From positions 1 to 55,425 of the IMG/VR virus record IMGVR_UViG_3300037420_001739: a stretch of 55,425 nt of DNA; one strand, 5' to 3'. Within the stretch, counting starts at the first letter, position 1; the number at the start of each line of letters is the position of its first letter. Below are positions 44,944 through 55,293 of the stretch, piece by piece. The DNA is from a virus (taxonomy: Duplodnaviria; Caudoviricetes). Under the pieces are notes generated by a model, which did no database searches, had not been told where the DNA came from, and saw only the letters and a list, made by a program, of their open reading frames with translations. Made by a program: the position numbers and the translations under genes.

Positions 44944-46407
44944 TTAAGCAGCGTTCATTGTTGAATCAAGTCCTCCAGCGCTATTGTTAAGATCATCAGC
45001 CTCCTTTTTTATCTGTTTCATTTCAGCATCAGGATCTGTGATGTATGGGTTAACCTTTACTGCAGACATCTTCGACATAATACCACCGGTTACAGCTACA
45101 GTAAGCGTTTGAATGATCTCGTCGATATTCTTTGGCAGGAAATACTCGAACACCGGAGTTACTTTCATTTTCAATGCTGATGATAATGGTTGCTTTTTGG
45201 TCCCATTGTCTCCTTCAACTTTTAATGTCCCAAGTTTTGTGAGTGCTGCCATCAGGAAATTTATCCGCCGTTGGATGCCCTCGCCAAAAGGACCTGCATT
45301 TTTTGCAGCTTTTAAGTGTGCTCCCATAAACATGAACTGAAGTGCAAAGCCAGATGTTTGCCCAATTCCTTTCAATGCTTCAAAAGATATATCCGGTGTA
45401 TCGGTGCAGGCGTGAATAAACTTCAGCAGGTTTTCGATCTCCATCTTTGTTGATTCCGGCGCATGGTCCCAGCTCAGGTAATACGCTTTTGAACCTATAG
45501 CGCCGACAAGAACCTTCCCATCATCGCCTTTCGATGCCATGCTTTGAAGGTCACCCTCTACGAATACTATTGGTGAATCGAAGTAGTCGTTAGTATTGGC
45601 ATGCCTTGATTGTTTGATCTCCAGTCTTTCAATCATTGGTTGAACACTATGCCACTCAGTAAACTCCCTTTGATAGATGATCATTGGAATTTTGCCTATG
45701 GGCCACGATTCGGGCGTGAATGTCCACCCACCTTCACCTTTCACACCTCTATATGTTACATCATCCGTGTAAATATCCAAGTGCTCTTCCTGTTTAGTTT
45801 GATCATCGCCTACTAAAAGAAAATAACCACGAGCGCCCGCAATCAGATCGCCGCCCTGGTCGAAAATTGGAATGATCACGTCCCCGAAGAAGGGAGACAA
45901 GAGTTTCATACGCAGCTTAAACTTAGCATCAATACCCTCTACATCACTCCAGTATTCGTCACTTGCATCATCGGTATACCATAACTCTGCGCAGATTGTT
46001 GCAGCCATCCACTTTTCCGCTTCATCCTGATGTTTGAAATCGAGTTTATTATCCTGCCATGTTTTTTGAAGCGCAGCAAGTAAAGCCTCTTGATCCGCTC
46101 CATCAGGGGTGGCGCTTAATTTGATCGGATTTGCACAAAGGAATGCAGCAGCTCTGGAAGCGATCATTTGCTGCAATGGTATTGGTATCCTGTTCACGGA
46201 TTCGGTGTTTATAGTCTCCCCCTTGTCGTTTTTGATCTCTTTGTCTGGGTAAGCCACTTTGTCAACCATAACCTTATGTTGATAGGGATCATATTGATCA
46301 AGGATTTGTTTCTGCGTTTCAACGCTGAGCGGCCTTAATCTCATTATCTGAGTGTATGCGTCTTCTGGGGCCGCTATAATAAGTGTGATCAGTTGCTGTT
46401 TTGTCAT
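44944..46407 (-). CDS. Portal protein (SPP1 gp6-like)
   Basis: Follows TerL; NRIPIPLQQMI, NTNDYFDSP, AYYLSWD, TDTPDISF, SGFAL. Confidence 0.9.
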   Translation of the reverse strand: MTKQQLITLIIAAPEDAYTQIMRLRPLSVETQKQILDQYDPYQHKVMVDKVAYPDKEIKNDKGETINTESVNRIPIPLQQMIASRAAAFLCANPIKLSATPDGADQEALLAALQKTWQDNKLDFKHQDEAEKWMAATICAELWYTDDASDEYWSDVEGIDAKFKLRMKLLSPFFGDVIIPIFDQGGDLIAGARGYFLLVGDDQTKQEEHLDIYTDDVTYRGVKGEGGWTFTPESWPIGKIPMIIYQREFTEWHSVQPMIERLEIKQSRHANTNDYFDSPIVFVEGDLQSMASKGDDGKVLVGAIGSKAYYLSWDHAPESTKMEIENLLKFIHACTDTPDISFEALKGIGQTSGFALQFMFMGAHLKAAKNAGPFGEGIQRRINFLMAALTKLGTLKVEGDNGTKKQPLSSALKMKVTPVFEYFLPKNIDEIIQTLTVAVTGGIMSKMSAVKVNPYITDPDAEMKQIKKEADDLNNSAGGLDSTMNAA

Positions 46408-47888
46408 CGTCTTAAAATTGAAGCTGCGTTAATACTATTGTTTTGGCCTGACGGCATTAAGTGTCTCTTTACGATGGCCACGATAATATCAATATACTCA
46501 TCATGGTCTCCATTAGGAAAGGCAGATATCTGATCTAAAAATTCGTCGTTCCATGCACCTTCATGAAGTATAACCTTCCCGGTCTCAATGATGGCAGACA
46601 CCGAATGCGCATTTGTTACTTTATCTTCTTTCGGCGGTTGCGATTCTAGTATATTCAGGTTGGTGGAGCGTTTTGCCATTTGAACAATGGATTTGCCTGA
46701 CGCCTTTGGCTCAATCCATATCCGAGACCGGCCATCATAGCCTTTTTGTTTTGTATAAGCTGGTACCCATTCCAATAGTTCTGGAAACTCCTTATAAACG
46801 CTGATTGCGTGCGTGATGAATACCTGGTTGTTTTCAACGTAGTACGGGATCATGCCGGTAGGGTCATTCATGCTATTGGCGGTGTACGCAGTATCGCCTT
46901 GAAAGTTTACAACCATTCCATCTGGCGCCCTATCTCTTCTGATTACTTGAAACCAATGCTTTTTCCAGATACCTCCGTCTTCAGGTGATGGGCGCTGTTG
47001 CATTTGGCCGGCATATCCATAGGATCCTAGTTCTGTTTTCTTTTTTACCAAAGTGCTGATCGAGAATCGTTTCGGATCAAACAACCCGTCAACATACTTT
47101 TCCTTTAGCAATTCAGGTTTGATATTATTGGAAACTTCTGCCGGTATGCAAATATGTTTGATGCGAAGCCCCTCCTTTTCCTTGGCAAGCAAATATCCTG
47201 TAGTGTCCTGCTGATGAAGCCTTTGCATGACAACGATGGTGACCGTCATTTCTGCGCTGACATCACGAGAACCAAGCGTTTCAGATACCCATTTGTTTGC
47301 CCGGTCCCTTTCGACCTTAGAATAGGCGATTTGTGGACTCATCGGATCGTCAATAATCTTTTGGTGTGCGTGGATACCTGTAATTGCTGATCCTGTTGAT
47401 GTCGTGTATCGCTCTCCTTTTAAGCCATTTTTAAAATGGGTTTTCCCGCCAGATGATTCTTCTACCAGATGAGGAAAAAGCCTTTTAAACTTATCGGACT
47501 TGTAGATGTTGTAACTCTTTTCTGCAATGTCTTCTGCCGGCGTTGAAGCGTACGATCCGCAAATGAAACGCTGAGTAGCATCAATAGTCCAACACCATAT
47601 CGGGTACATTTCGGAAATAATCGTTGATTTTGAGCTACCAGGAGGGACGTTGATCAGATAATAGTCGTATTCCTTTGGCTCTCTTCTCGCCACCCGCATT
47701 CCAATCTCCTGTAGTTCATTACACAGGTATTCGATATGCCAGTTCCATACAGGTTCTTCCGCAATGATTGTGTCCCAGAAGTATTTTACAAACTGGTAAA
47801 ACGACTTCTGAGTGATTGCTGACCACAGCGATTCGTAGGTCAGATTATCCTTTAACTTCTGTATCGTCGACGTGTCTTGCAAGTTCAA
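46404..47888 (-). CDS. terL: Terminase large subunit
   Basis: Walker A INVPPGSSKS, Walker B IIDDP, VMQRLH, nuclease DTAY, IEPKASG, FPNGDHDEYID; start appears to be non-ATG. Confidence 0.93.
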   Translation of the reverse strand: MNLQDTSTIQKLKDNLTYESLWSAITQKSFYQFVKYFWDTIIAEEPVWNWHIEYLCNELQEIGMRVARREPKEYDYYLINVPPGSSKSTIISEMYPIWCWTIDATQRFICGSYASTPAEDIAEKSYNIYKSDKFKRLFPHLVEESSGGKTHFKNGLKGERYTTSTGSAITGIHAHQKIIDDPMSPQIAYSKVERDRANKWVSETLGSRDVSAEMTVTIVVMQRLHQQDTTGYLLAKEKEGLRIKHICIPAEVSNNIKPELLKEKYVDGLFDPKRFSISTLVKKKTELGSYGYAGQMQQRPSPEDGGIWKKHWFQVIRRDRAPDGMVVNFQGDTAYTANSMNDPTGMIPYYVENNQVFITHAISVYKEFPELLEWVPAYTKQKGYDGRSRIWIEPKASGKSIVQMAKRSTNLNILESQPPKEDKVTNAHSVSAIIETGKVILHEGAWNDEFLDQISAFPNGDHDEYIDIIVAIVKRHLMPSGQNNSINAASILRR

Positions 47889-48432
47889 GTAATGTTTCTA
47901 GTGGCACATTTGAAAGGTTGATTTTAGCTCCTTTGTTCAGGCTCTCCCCATCGGTGGTATGATCGATCTTCTCGCCGTATTTCTTCGGCTTCAACTTAGA
48001 GGCTATCCATTTCCGAGCTTCAACCCTCAATTTGCTTCTGGATGTCCATTCTTTATTTTCAACGGTGTACTCCTGATCCCCCTTCGTAATTGTCATAAAG
48101 TCATTAGTCCCATCATCGGATATCTCAAGGATCTCTTCTGCCAGAAAATCCGCCTGCTCTTCCTTCGCGCGCGCGTATTGGTTAAGAAAGTCTTCGTTAC
48201 TCCTTAGCCACGTCATCACCGTAACTACGCTTGGCATGTCTTCGGGTGAGCATATTGTTTTGAGGGACTTTGAAGTAGTGGCAATTTCCGCGCAGATTCT
48301 GTCTGCGATTTCCTGAGTGAATGAACTGGGACGGCCGATCTTCTTTGGTTGCCGCTTCGCCTCCGGCAGCTTTTTCTTTAGGGCTTTTGCGGGTTGGCTC
48401 TTCTTGGATGTATTTTTCTTATTCGCTGCCAT
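47845..48432 (-). CDS. terS: Terminase small subunit
   Basis: GRPSSFTQEIADRIC, MPSVVTVMTWL, YARAKEEQAD, RKWIASKLKPKKYG. Confidence 0.9.
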   Translation of the reverse strand: MAANKKNTSKKSQPAKALKKKLPEAKRQPKKIGRPSSFTQEIADRICAEIATTSKSLKTICSPEDMPSVVTVMTWLRSNEDFLNQYARAKEEQADFLAEEILEISDDGTNDFMTITKGDQEYTVENKEWTSRSKLRVEARKWIASKLKPKKYGEKIDHTTDGESLNKGAKINLSNVPLETLLELARHVDDTEVKG

Positions 48433-48895
48433 TGGTTAGCTTTTCAATGATTGAATTCACGTTTTCTGCAAAATCTTCGTAGGATTTTTCCCACAAGACT
48501 ACCTCCCTGATGTATTCTGAAATCTTATTTTTTTTAACCTGCAGCAGGTTTGAAAGGCTTTTTGATAACCCTACACGGTCAAGTATAAGATCATCTGCTG
48601 GCTGCTGGAATAATTGCGGGGCATAGATGTGGAGAATTACGGCAACGAAAGTTCTTCTAACGTTGACTAAGCTGGATTTGTGAACGGGCCCTATGAATTC
48701 CTGCGGTCGGATATCCAGAACCTTGCAGTAATTGATGAAATACCCGGGTATTTTAGAGTAGTCCGTTTCGGTGGGCTCTATTTTCGGAAGATATTGAGAT
48801 ATCAGTTTGTGGGCTATCTCGGGTTCTTTTTGAATAAATAACTTCCCCAAATAAGCATAATGCTTTCTGGTGAAAGGCGCTGTGGCTGATAGCAT
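48419..48895 (-). CDS. Hypothetical helical protein (possible late transcription regulator)
   Basis: Immediately upstream of terS; HTH-like C-terminal half. Confidence 0.55.
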   Translation of the reverse strand: MLSATAPFTRKHYAYLGKLFIQKEPEIAHKLISQYLPKIEPTETDYSKIPGYFINYCKVLDIRPQEFIGPVHKSSLVNVRRTFVAVILHIYAPQLFQQPADDLILDRVGLSKSLSNLLQVKKNKISEYIREVVLWEKSYEDFAENVNSIIEKLTNGSE

Positions 48896-48967
48896 TTAGA
48901 TTTGAAGATGGTGGAATACGAAAATAACATCTGTAACCCGCCTCTTCTGAAGTAGTTGCCAACGTTT

Positions 48968-49285
48968 TTAGTAATCTAGCCCGAGGATGGCGTTTACTGC
49001 TTTGCGTTGAAACCATGAAAGCTTCAGATAACGGGAATACACTTCGTCCGGAGAAACCTTTGGTTCAAAATAGTTCGGGTCTGATATGAATTGTTGCAGG
49101 TCCTTAATGTGATAAGCCCTCGCTATTTTAACAAGGGTACCATGAGGAGGTTCTGCCCTGTCTTCTTCATATGATCCGAGAACAGACCTTTTTATGCCAA
49201 TGGCGCTGGCAGCTCCTTCCTGAGACCAGCCTTTCAGTTTACGTGCTTTCACAAGGTTCTGAGAGAATATTGATTTTTCTGACAT
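48968..49285 (-). CDS. XRE-family HTH regulator
   Basis: RKLKGWSQEGAASAIGIKRSVLGSYEEDRAEP. Confidence 0.9.
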   Translation of the reverse strand: MSEKSIFSQNLVKARKLKGWSQEGAASAIGIKRSVLGSYEEDRAEPPHGTLVKIARAYHIKDLQQFISDPNYFEPKVSPDEVYSRYLKLSWFQRKAVNAILGLDY

Positions 49286-49307
49286 AGTTCAGATTTTTAA
49301 AGTTTTA

Positions 49308-50714
49308 TCAGGCAACTTTCAATCCTGTATACTTTTCAATTCTTGCTTTTACAGCCTGCATTAATACTTCCTGGTTATTGTCTTTCAGGTCAATTGCCTT
49401 CAGCATATCCTCATCCATGGTGTTTTTTGAAATTAACCGGTTGTTGATCACGTTATGCTGTTGACCCTGACGGTCAAACCTGGTAACTCCCTGCTTGTAT
49501 AACTCAAGGCTCCAATTAGGAAGCGAGAACCACGCAAGGTTATGACCTCCGGCCTGAAGGTTCAAGCCGTGGCCAGCACTGGCAGGATGCGCCAGCATGA
49601 AAGGAACTGCACCTCGGTTCCAGTCGTAGATATCTGCGGATCCTTTCAACTCTCTCGGGTTGTATTTCCGAAGATGCTTTTTGATCCTCTCTAAATCGTG
49701 TTTGTAGGAATAAAACACGAAGAACGGTTTGCCGTTTGCCACATCAAGTAATTCATCCAGTTCATCGATCTTCTCGTTATGTACCTCGTAATAACTGCGG
49801 TCTGCGGTGTATACCGCACCGTTAGCAAACTGCAACAACTTGTTCGTTAGTGCTGCAGCATTCACAGCAGATATCTCCTCGAGGTCCTCCAAAGCAAGGA
49901 TCTGTTCCCGCTCAAAGTCATCGTACTGTTGCTGGATCCTGAAAGGAAGTTTTACATCGATATTCCGGTCGATCCGTTCAGGCAGCTGCAACCAATCTTC
50001 CGTCTTCATGCTTATGCAGATATCGCCAATCTTGTCATAGATCTCCTTTTCAAAAAAGTCATTACCCATCAGGTCATCACCATTACGCAGGTTATAGTCA
50101 TACACGATATTTCCGTTTCGGTTGCCCGCTGTAAAGTATCTTTCTCTAAAACCTGTGATAGTTTTACCTAATCGTTCGCCCTGGTCAAGCAAATAGATCT
50201 GCGGCCACAAATCCAACAAGCCGTTAGGAACCGGTGTTCCTGTAAGGATCACTACACGATCGATCTTTGGCCGGATCTGCCTCAACGCTTTGAATCTTGC
50301 TGCTTTAGGAGATTTGAATTTTGATGATTCATCGATCACCAGCGTGTCAAACGGGAACGCGCCCCCGTACTGCGCTACCAACCAAACTACATTTTCACAA
50401 TTGATTACGTAGATATCGGCTTTTGCTTTCAGTGCTTCCTTGCGTTGTTTCTCTGTGCCCAGGACTTTTGAAATTTTCAAATGCGTCAGGTGATCCCACT
50501 TCTGCGACTCAGTTGTCCAGACTTCATCAGCAACCCGCTTCGGTGCGATCACAAGCACTTTACTGATTTGGCACATGTTAAACATCAATTCATCAATAGC
50601 GGTGAGAACGGTAACGGTTTTGCCTAAGCCCATTTCCATAAGCAGGCCGCTGGCTCTATGTTCGATCACATGCTTTATTCCGTGTTCCTGGTATACGTGT
50701 GGTTCGAATTTCAT
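49308..50714 (-). CDS. SNF2-family helicase
   Basis: EMGLGKT, VIDESS, LTGTP, HPASAGHGLNLQ, RFDRQGQ. Confidence 0.92.
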   Translation of the reverse strand: MKFEPHVYQEHGIKHVIEHRASGLLMEMGLGKTVTVLTAIDELMFNMCQISKVLVIAPKRVADEVWTTESQKWDHLTHLKISKVLGTEKQRKEALKAKADIYVINCENVVWLVAQYGGAFPFDTLVIDESSKFKSPKAARFKALRQIRPKIDRVVILTGTPVPNGLLDLWPQIYLLDQGERLGKTITGFRERYFTAGNRNGNIVYDYNLRNGDDLMGNDFFEKEIYDKIGDICISMKTEDWLQLPERIDRNIDVKLPFRIQQQYDDFEREQILALEDLEEISAVNAAALTNKLLQFANGAVYTADRSYYEVHNEKIDELDELLDVANGKPFFVFYSYKHDLERIKKHLRKYNPRELKGSADIYDWNRGAVPFMLAHPASAGHGLNLQAGGHNLAWFSLPNWSLELYKQGVTRFDRQGQQHNVINNRLISKNTMDEDMLKAIDLKDNNQEVLMQAVKARIEKYTGLKVA

Positions 50715-50992
50715 TTTCTGATCTTGTTTAAAAATTCATCTAGTTTTTCATCTGTATCAAGTACATCAACTTCAAACCCTAATTTTTCGAATAACCTTTT
50801 TACAACTGCCTGTCGCACTCCTAGTTTTTTCCCGGTTGATTTCATCTCGGCCCAAAAGAACTTTCGACCTGGCATCAGTACCAATCTATCCGGCAAACCT
50901 CTGAACCACGGCGAAGCAATTTTAATTGCCAATCCGCCTGATTTCTCAACTTCCCTTTTGAGTCTTCGCTCTCTTCGTTTTTCATCTGCCAT
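50711..50992 (-). CDS. VRR-NUC nuclease
   Basis: GLPDRLVL..FFWAEMK...Q..LGFEV. Confidence 0.9.
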   Translation of the reverse strand: MADEKRRERRLKREVEKSGGLAIKIASPWFRGLPDRLVLMPGRKFFWAEMKSTGKKLGVRQAVVKRLFEKLGFEVDVLDTDEKLDEFLNKIRK

Positions 50993-51008
50993 GATTCAAA
51001 CTTTAGGG

Positions 51009-51240
51009 GTGTTCCACCGTTCCACTTCTTTTAAACACTTTACGCGTGTAGGCGTGCGTGAGCGTACACGCACCCGTTTTTCTCTCTATTCTCTCTGTTT
51101 TAATTTTATTATTATTTCTGTGGAACACTTGGAACACTTTTGTTTTTAATTGATTTTTAGTTTTTTAAGTGTGTCTAAGGCCGTACCGACGTTGGAACAC
51201 TTGGAACACTTATAAATTTTTAGGTGTTCCAGTGTTCCAC
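51009..51240. repeat. Iteron-like TGGAACAC repeats; putative replication origin
   Basis: TGGAACAC at 51121, 51130, 51193 and 51202; inverted GTGTTCCA at 51009, 51224 and ~51232; AT-rich spacers; directly downstream of the primase-helicase. Confidence 0.7.
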
Positions 51241-51245
51241 CTGTG

Positions 51246-53705
51246 TCACACCTCCGACACACTGTCTTTTTCAAAATCTTGCATGATTTCTTTCGGTATA
51301 TCAACACGCATATAACCTCTGCGCTGGGGGCCATAAACACCGTAGCGTTTGCGATCCAAAACCTCTTCCCATTCATCGAGATTGCGCATGATATTTCTTA
51401 TCACGTTAGCGCTTTTTTCGTCAATGCTGTCGTTCCTGCGAAGACCTATTTCCCAGATTTCCTGCACGCAAACACGGGTTCTATAAATCGTTCCCTCTGG
51501 CTGAAGTTCATCTTCAGTATGGATAAAAGCAATTCGATCATACTTGCTCATGTGGCTCCAATTCTCAGGAAGTTGACGATCTAAAAACTGATGAATTAAG
51601 CCGGTCCACGGATGTTCTTCAGTGTGCAGGCGCTGAACATATTTCGCCTGTTTTTCCAACTCTTCCGGCAGATAAAGCGACTCACGTTTTTTGTATAGGT
51701 AGTAAGCTTCCGCCCAAATTTGATCGACTTCGTCTTCGGTCAGATCACTGAACACGTTTTTAACAACTGGCTTCACGTCAATCTGCACCGGCCAGAATCT
51801 TCTATTACCGGTCTGTCCTTTCAGGAAATCGCTTTTATTTGTTGTTGCTACGAATACACATTGACGTGGGAAATTCTCAACCCTGCGTCCGTACGCTTGC
51901 CTGTAGCGATCTTCCTGCGCAGATATAAAACCTTTCACTCTCTCAACTTCTGCTTTCGCCATTCCCGCTAGTTCTCCAATCTCGATGAACCAAACACCGC
52001 GTATCTGTTCATAGGCTTCTTTGCCTTGCAGCATGTGCAGGTTGAATGTATCAGTGAACCATTGCCTTCCCAACGCTTTTAAAAGAGAGCTTTTGCGCTT
52101 TCCTTCCTCACCTACCAGCGTAAGAACATTGTCGAACTTTACGCCTGGTTGAAACACACGGGCTACTGCAGCAATTAATGTTTTACGAATGATGGCACGA
52201 GTGTATTCCGAATCCTCAGCACCCATATAGTCAACCAGCAGTGAATCAACCCGGTCCTCGCCGTCCCAATCCAAACCATTGAGGTAATTTCTTACCGGGT
52301 GATAGGTGTGTCTGGCGTAGATAACACTCATTGCTTTTTCCAACTTCGCAGTAGAGATGTCGTACGTCTTTTCGATGTGAGCTTCTATATTGTGATCATC
52401 GATATCAGTAATAAACCTTGATGAATTATCAACTTTACGCCATGGAAGATGTCTGCGGAAAACAGGCCGTTGTTCAAATTCATCGTAAGCAATATTGCTT
52501 TTGAATATCGGGTCGTTCTCCAGGATAAGAACAAGATTGTTGATCGTAGGATAATAATTTCCTTTTTTGTCAACGTCCATTTTACTTAACCAGGTATCAT
52601 CTACAACCTCGGGCATTTCAATTTCAATAGTGAAATCCTGCTGTGCTTCACTTATTTTCTCAGAACCGATTTGATGACGGACCTTTTCATCCTTAACAGC
52701 AAATTCCTGCATAGATAAAAACGAAGGCAGTTTATTACCTGGTGTTCCTTCCCTTACATCTTCGTCCTTTAAACCGAATTTGTGGATCCGGACAAGATCG
52801 AAAGCGTTACATAGTTTTCCAGATGTAGGATCCGTACCATGGTGTGAATAAGCGAATTTGTCATCGTAGGTAACAAGACCTGCTGAAGTGCTTCCTTCTT
52901 TGAATGTGTAGCGTCCTTCCACATCGCAGGATTCGTAAACGTCAGAGAGAAACAACTCAATCACTTCATGTATTGTATAGGTTCTGCAGAAAGCGCCAAT
53001 AACACCCGGCTTATCCAAAGGATCGCCCTGCTTTTTGATTGCCTGTCCGATCACTGATCCCTCGCGTTCACTCACCGGCCATTCGCTTGAATCTGTCCAA
53101 TCATGATACGTGTTCAATACTTCATCAGCATTCAGCCAATCGCCATCCTGGTAATGAAATTCAAACTCTCCATCCTTTGAAGTCGAAGGCCAATACATTA
53201 ACCTTGTTGGCTGGTAGGTTGTGTGATCAAATAACTCAATACCTAACTGCCCCGCGATCCTTCGTGCGATCGCCATATACTCATCGATCATCACTTCGCG
53301 ATCTAAGGGAATTATCAGACGATAACGCGGTGTTTTTATACTATGCTTGTGTGTCGAATACATTGCAGCAGCGCAGTCGTGGATCAGAATAAAATCATCC
53401 CACAGATCCTTCGTCGCAAAATCGACGTCGAGGGTAATCAGCTGGCGGTGCACGACCGATCCGTTTTTTCTCCTGCCTCCGCTAAGGTATCCACCCACAA
53501 AGCCGCCAATGTCCTTAATTTCATCCTGGCGATGCTTTTTACTGGCCAGGTATTCAGTGTACGTTTCAGCAGTTCGGTGCGTCTCAGATACCTTTTGGAC
53601 AAAATCCGTCCACGACATTTGCTTGTTTTTCCAGGACGTGTCTCTTCTATGCTTACCGATCGCTATATCGAAACTTCCGTCGTGCAGGATATTTACTTTG
53701 GACAT
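51246..53705 (-). CDS. Primase-helicase (N-terminal primase-like domain plus VirE/VapE SF3 helicase)
   Basis: ITLDVD, STHKH..PRYRLIIPL, HPVRNYL, AVARVFQPGVKFD, Walker A GEEGKRKS, TGNRRFWPV. Confidence 0.9.
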   Translation of the reverse strand: MSKVNILHDGSFDIAIGKHRRDTSWKNKQMSWTDFVQKVSETHRTAETYTEYLASKKHRQDEIKDIGGFVGGYLSGGRRKNGSVVHRQLITLDVDFATKDLWDDFILIHDCAAAMYSTHKHSIKTPRYRLIIPLDREVMIDEYMAIARRIAGQLGIELFDHTTYQPTRLMYWPSTSKDGEFEFHYQDGDWLNADEVLNTYHDWTDSSEWPVSEREGSVIGQAIKKQGDPLDKPGVIGAFCRTYTIHEVIELFLSDVYESCDVEGRYTFKEGSTSAGLVTYDDKFAYSHHGTDPTSGKLCNAFDLVRIHKFGLKDEDVREGTPGNKLPSFLSMQEFAVKDEKVRHQIGSEKISEAQQDFTIEIEMPEVVDDTWLSKMDVDKKGNYYPTINNLVLILENDPIFKSNIAYDEFEQRPVFRRHLPWRKVDNSSRFITDIDDHNIEAHIEKTYDISTAKLEKAMSVIYARHTYHPVRNYLNGLDWDGEDRVDSLLVDYMGAEDSEYTRAIIRKTLIAAVARVFQPGVKFDNVLTLVGEEGKRKSSLLKALGRQWFTDTFNLHMLQGKEAYEQIRGVWFIEIGELAGMAKAEVERVKGFISAQEDRYRQAYGRRVENFPRQCVFVATTNKSDFLKGQTGNRRFWPVQIDVKPVVKNVFSDLTEDEVDQIWAEAYYLYKKRESLYLPEELEKQAKYVQRLHTEEHPWTGLIHQFLDRQLPENWSHMSKYDRIAFIHTEDELQPEGTIYRTRVCVQEIWEIGLRRNDSIDEKSANVIRNIMRNLDEWEEVLDRKRYGVYGPQRRGYMRVDIPKEIMQDFEKDSVSEV

Positions 53706-53777
53706 ACTTTCTTTTATAAAATATTATCTTAAATCAGTTAATTTGGTACTAACGTTAACAGTTAAGCGCAAAAAAAT

Positions 53778-54668
53778 TTAATTGAAATACCTGAGCGCCT
53801 GTTCACCTATCCATCTTCCCATAGGTACGGGAACACCGTTGCCGATCATCTTATATGCATTTCGGGAAGTTGTTTCAAAATGATAATCATCAGGCACCCC
53901 TTGAAGTCTTGCATATTCCCGAACAGTGAAAGGTCTTACGCCGTGTTTCGCGTTTCTATCCTTTACGAGACGTGTACTTAAATCTTTAGAATAGTGAGCT
54001 ACGCAGGTAGGCGCCATTGCTCCCGGATCGTCAGGATCAACAATAATTGGCAGATCTCTATAACCTCCCTTTAGTCTTTTCTCAACGTAGTCAGGCAGGT
54101 CGTACTCAGGTTCTTTTTCCAGTATGTCTTTTAATCTCGGTTTGTTGTTGATCTCAGAAGGAGCTTGAATATGGAACGGCTTGCGTGTGCCGATTATGAT
54201 AAGACGTTTTCGTCTTTGCGGAAGCCATAGAGCAGCATCGACCGGACAAAAAACAGTAATATAATAATCCGGTAGTTTAGTGATCGCCTCCATTACCACC
54301 TTAAATTTTCTCATACCTGGTACATTCTCCGCTACAAACATTTCAGGTCGTTCTAATGCTAAGTGCCTGAATCCATGCAGATACAATTCATCTCCGGTCC
54401 TAGCTCCATGAATGTCAGCGATGGCAGAATATTTAGTGCAAGGCCAAGTAAAAATGTGAATATCGGAGCTCGGCTGATCCAGTACTGTAGCGGACGTGAT
54501 ATCTTTCGTAACGATGTCATGCTGAAAATAATTTCTATTCCGTTGCATGATCCTTGTACACTCAGGATCTATCTCAATAGATTGAATAATATTGACTCCT
54601 GCCTGAACAAAACCGATTTCCATAAGTCCGGCTCCTGAGAAATAACCTTTCGCTGTCGGAACGTACAT
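53778..54668 (-). CDS. C5 DNA cytosine methyltransferase
   Basis: YFSGAG, WPC, ENV, PQRRKR, REYARLQG, IGNGVP. Confidence 0.92.
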   Translation of the reverse strand: MYVPTAKGYFSGAGLMEIGFVQAGVNIIQSIEIDPECTRIMQRNRNYFQHDIVTKDITSATVLDQPSSDIHIFTWPCTKYSAIADIHGARTGDELYLHGFRHLALERPEMFVAENVPGMRKFKVVMEAITKLPDYYITVFCPVDAALWLPQRRKRLIIIGTRKPFHIQAPSEINNKPRLKDILEKEPEYDLPDYVEKRLKGGYRDLPIIVDPDDPGAMAPTCVAHYSKDLSTRLVKDRNAKHGVRPFTVREYARLQGVPDDYHFETTSRNAYKMIGNGVPVPMGRWIGEQALRYFN

Positions 54669-54810
54669 AGCTTCTTTAATTAGTTTTTTGTTGCAACAAA
54701 AAGAGTCCGAAACCGTCTGCCCCCATTAACACCAAAACCAATTAGCGTCTCCTTACAAGACGGATTTTTAGTTTTTAATTTGATTAATAGGCCGGTTCGG
54801 ACTTTGTGTC

Positions 54811-55293
54811 TCATACAGCTTTCAGCTTTCTCACTTTTAAACGATCAATAATTTCAAGCGGCGTAAGAAGTTGGTAAGCCTCTGACAAAGCTTCCATGAT
54901 CATATCATCCATGATACCAGGCGACCGGTATTCGATCGTTCCTATTTGCAGATCGAAGTCGGTTTTCTTCATTAGTACATCGTAATCGTACTTCAGTTCT
55001 TCTATCTCTTCATCCTTCTCTTTGAATTTATCGTCGAGGCCTGTTTTTAATTCCTCCATTTCATCTTTCGTTTCTTCACGTTCAGTTGCGATATTTCCTT
55101 CAATAGCTTCCAAAAACTCAAGAGCCTCTTCCTGGTTAATGTCTTCAATGATCGTATCTACTGAAAGGATCGAGCGCAGGTGCTTGATGTTTTCATCGAG
55201 TGAAAGAATTTTCTTTCCTAACGTCATGTGCGCAGCGAGTGTTTCAACTCCGGTTCTATACAAATTATCTTTTACAGTTTTCTTCTTTGGCAT
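54811..55293 (-). CDS. Acidic coiled-coil hypothetical protein
   Basis: 160 aa ATG ORF directly downstream of DGR target 1 in the circular map. Confidence 0.75.
   Translation of the reverse strand: MPKKKTVKDNLYRTGVETLAAHMTLGKKILSLDENIKHLRSILSVDTIIEDINQEEALEFLEAIEGNIATEREETKDEMEELKTGLDDKFKEKDEEIEELKYDYDVLMKKTDFDLQIGTIEYRSPGIMDDMIMEALSEAYQLLTPLEIIDRLKVRKLKAV

Noticed and set aside
51146-51376. 76-aa Cys-rich ORF over the origin repeats
   Set aside because: Its CSKCS and LEHL patterns are simply translations of the TGGAACAC iterons, and it overlaps the primase end.
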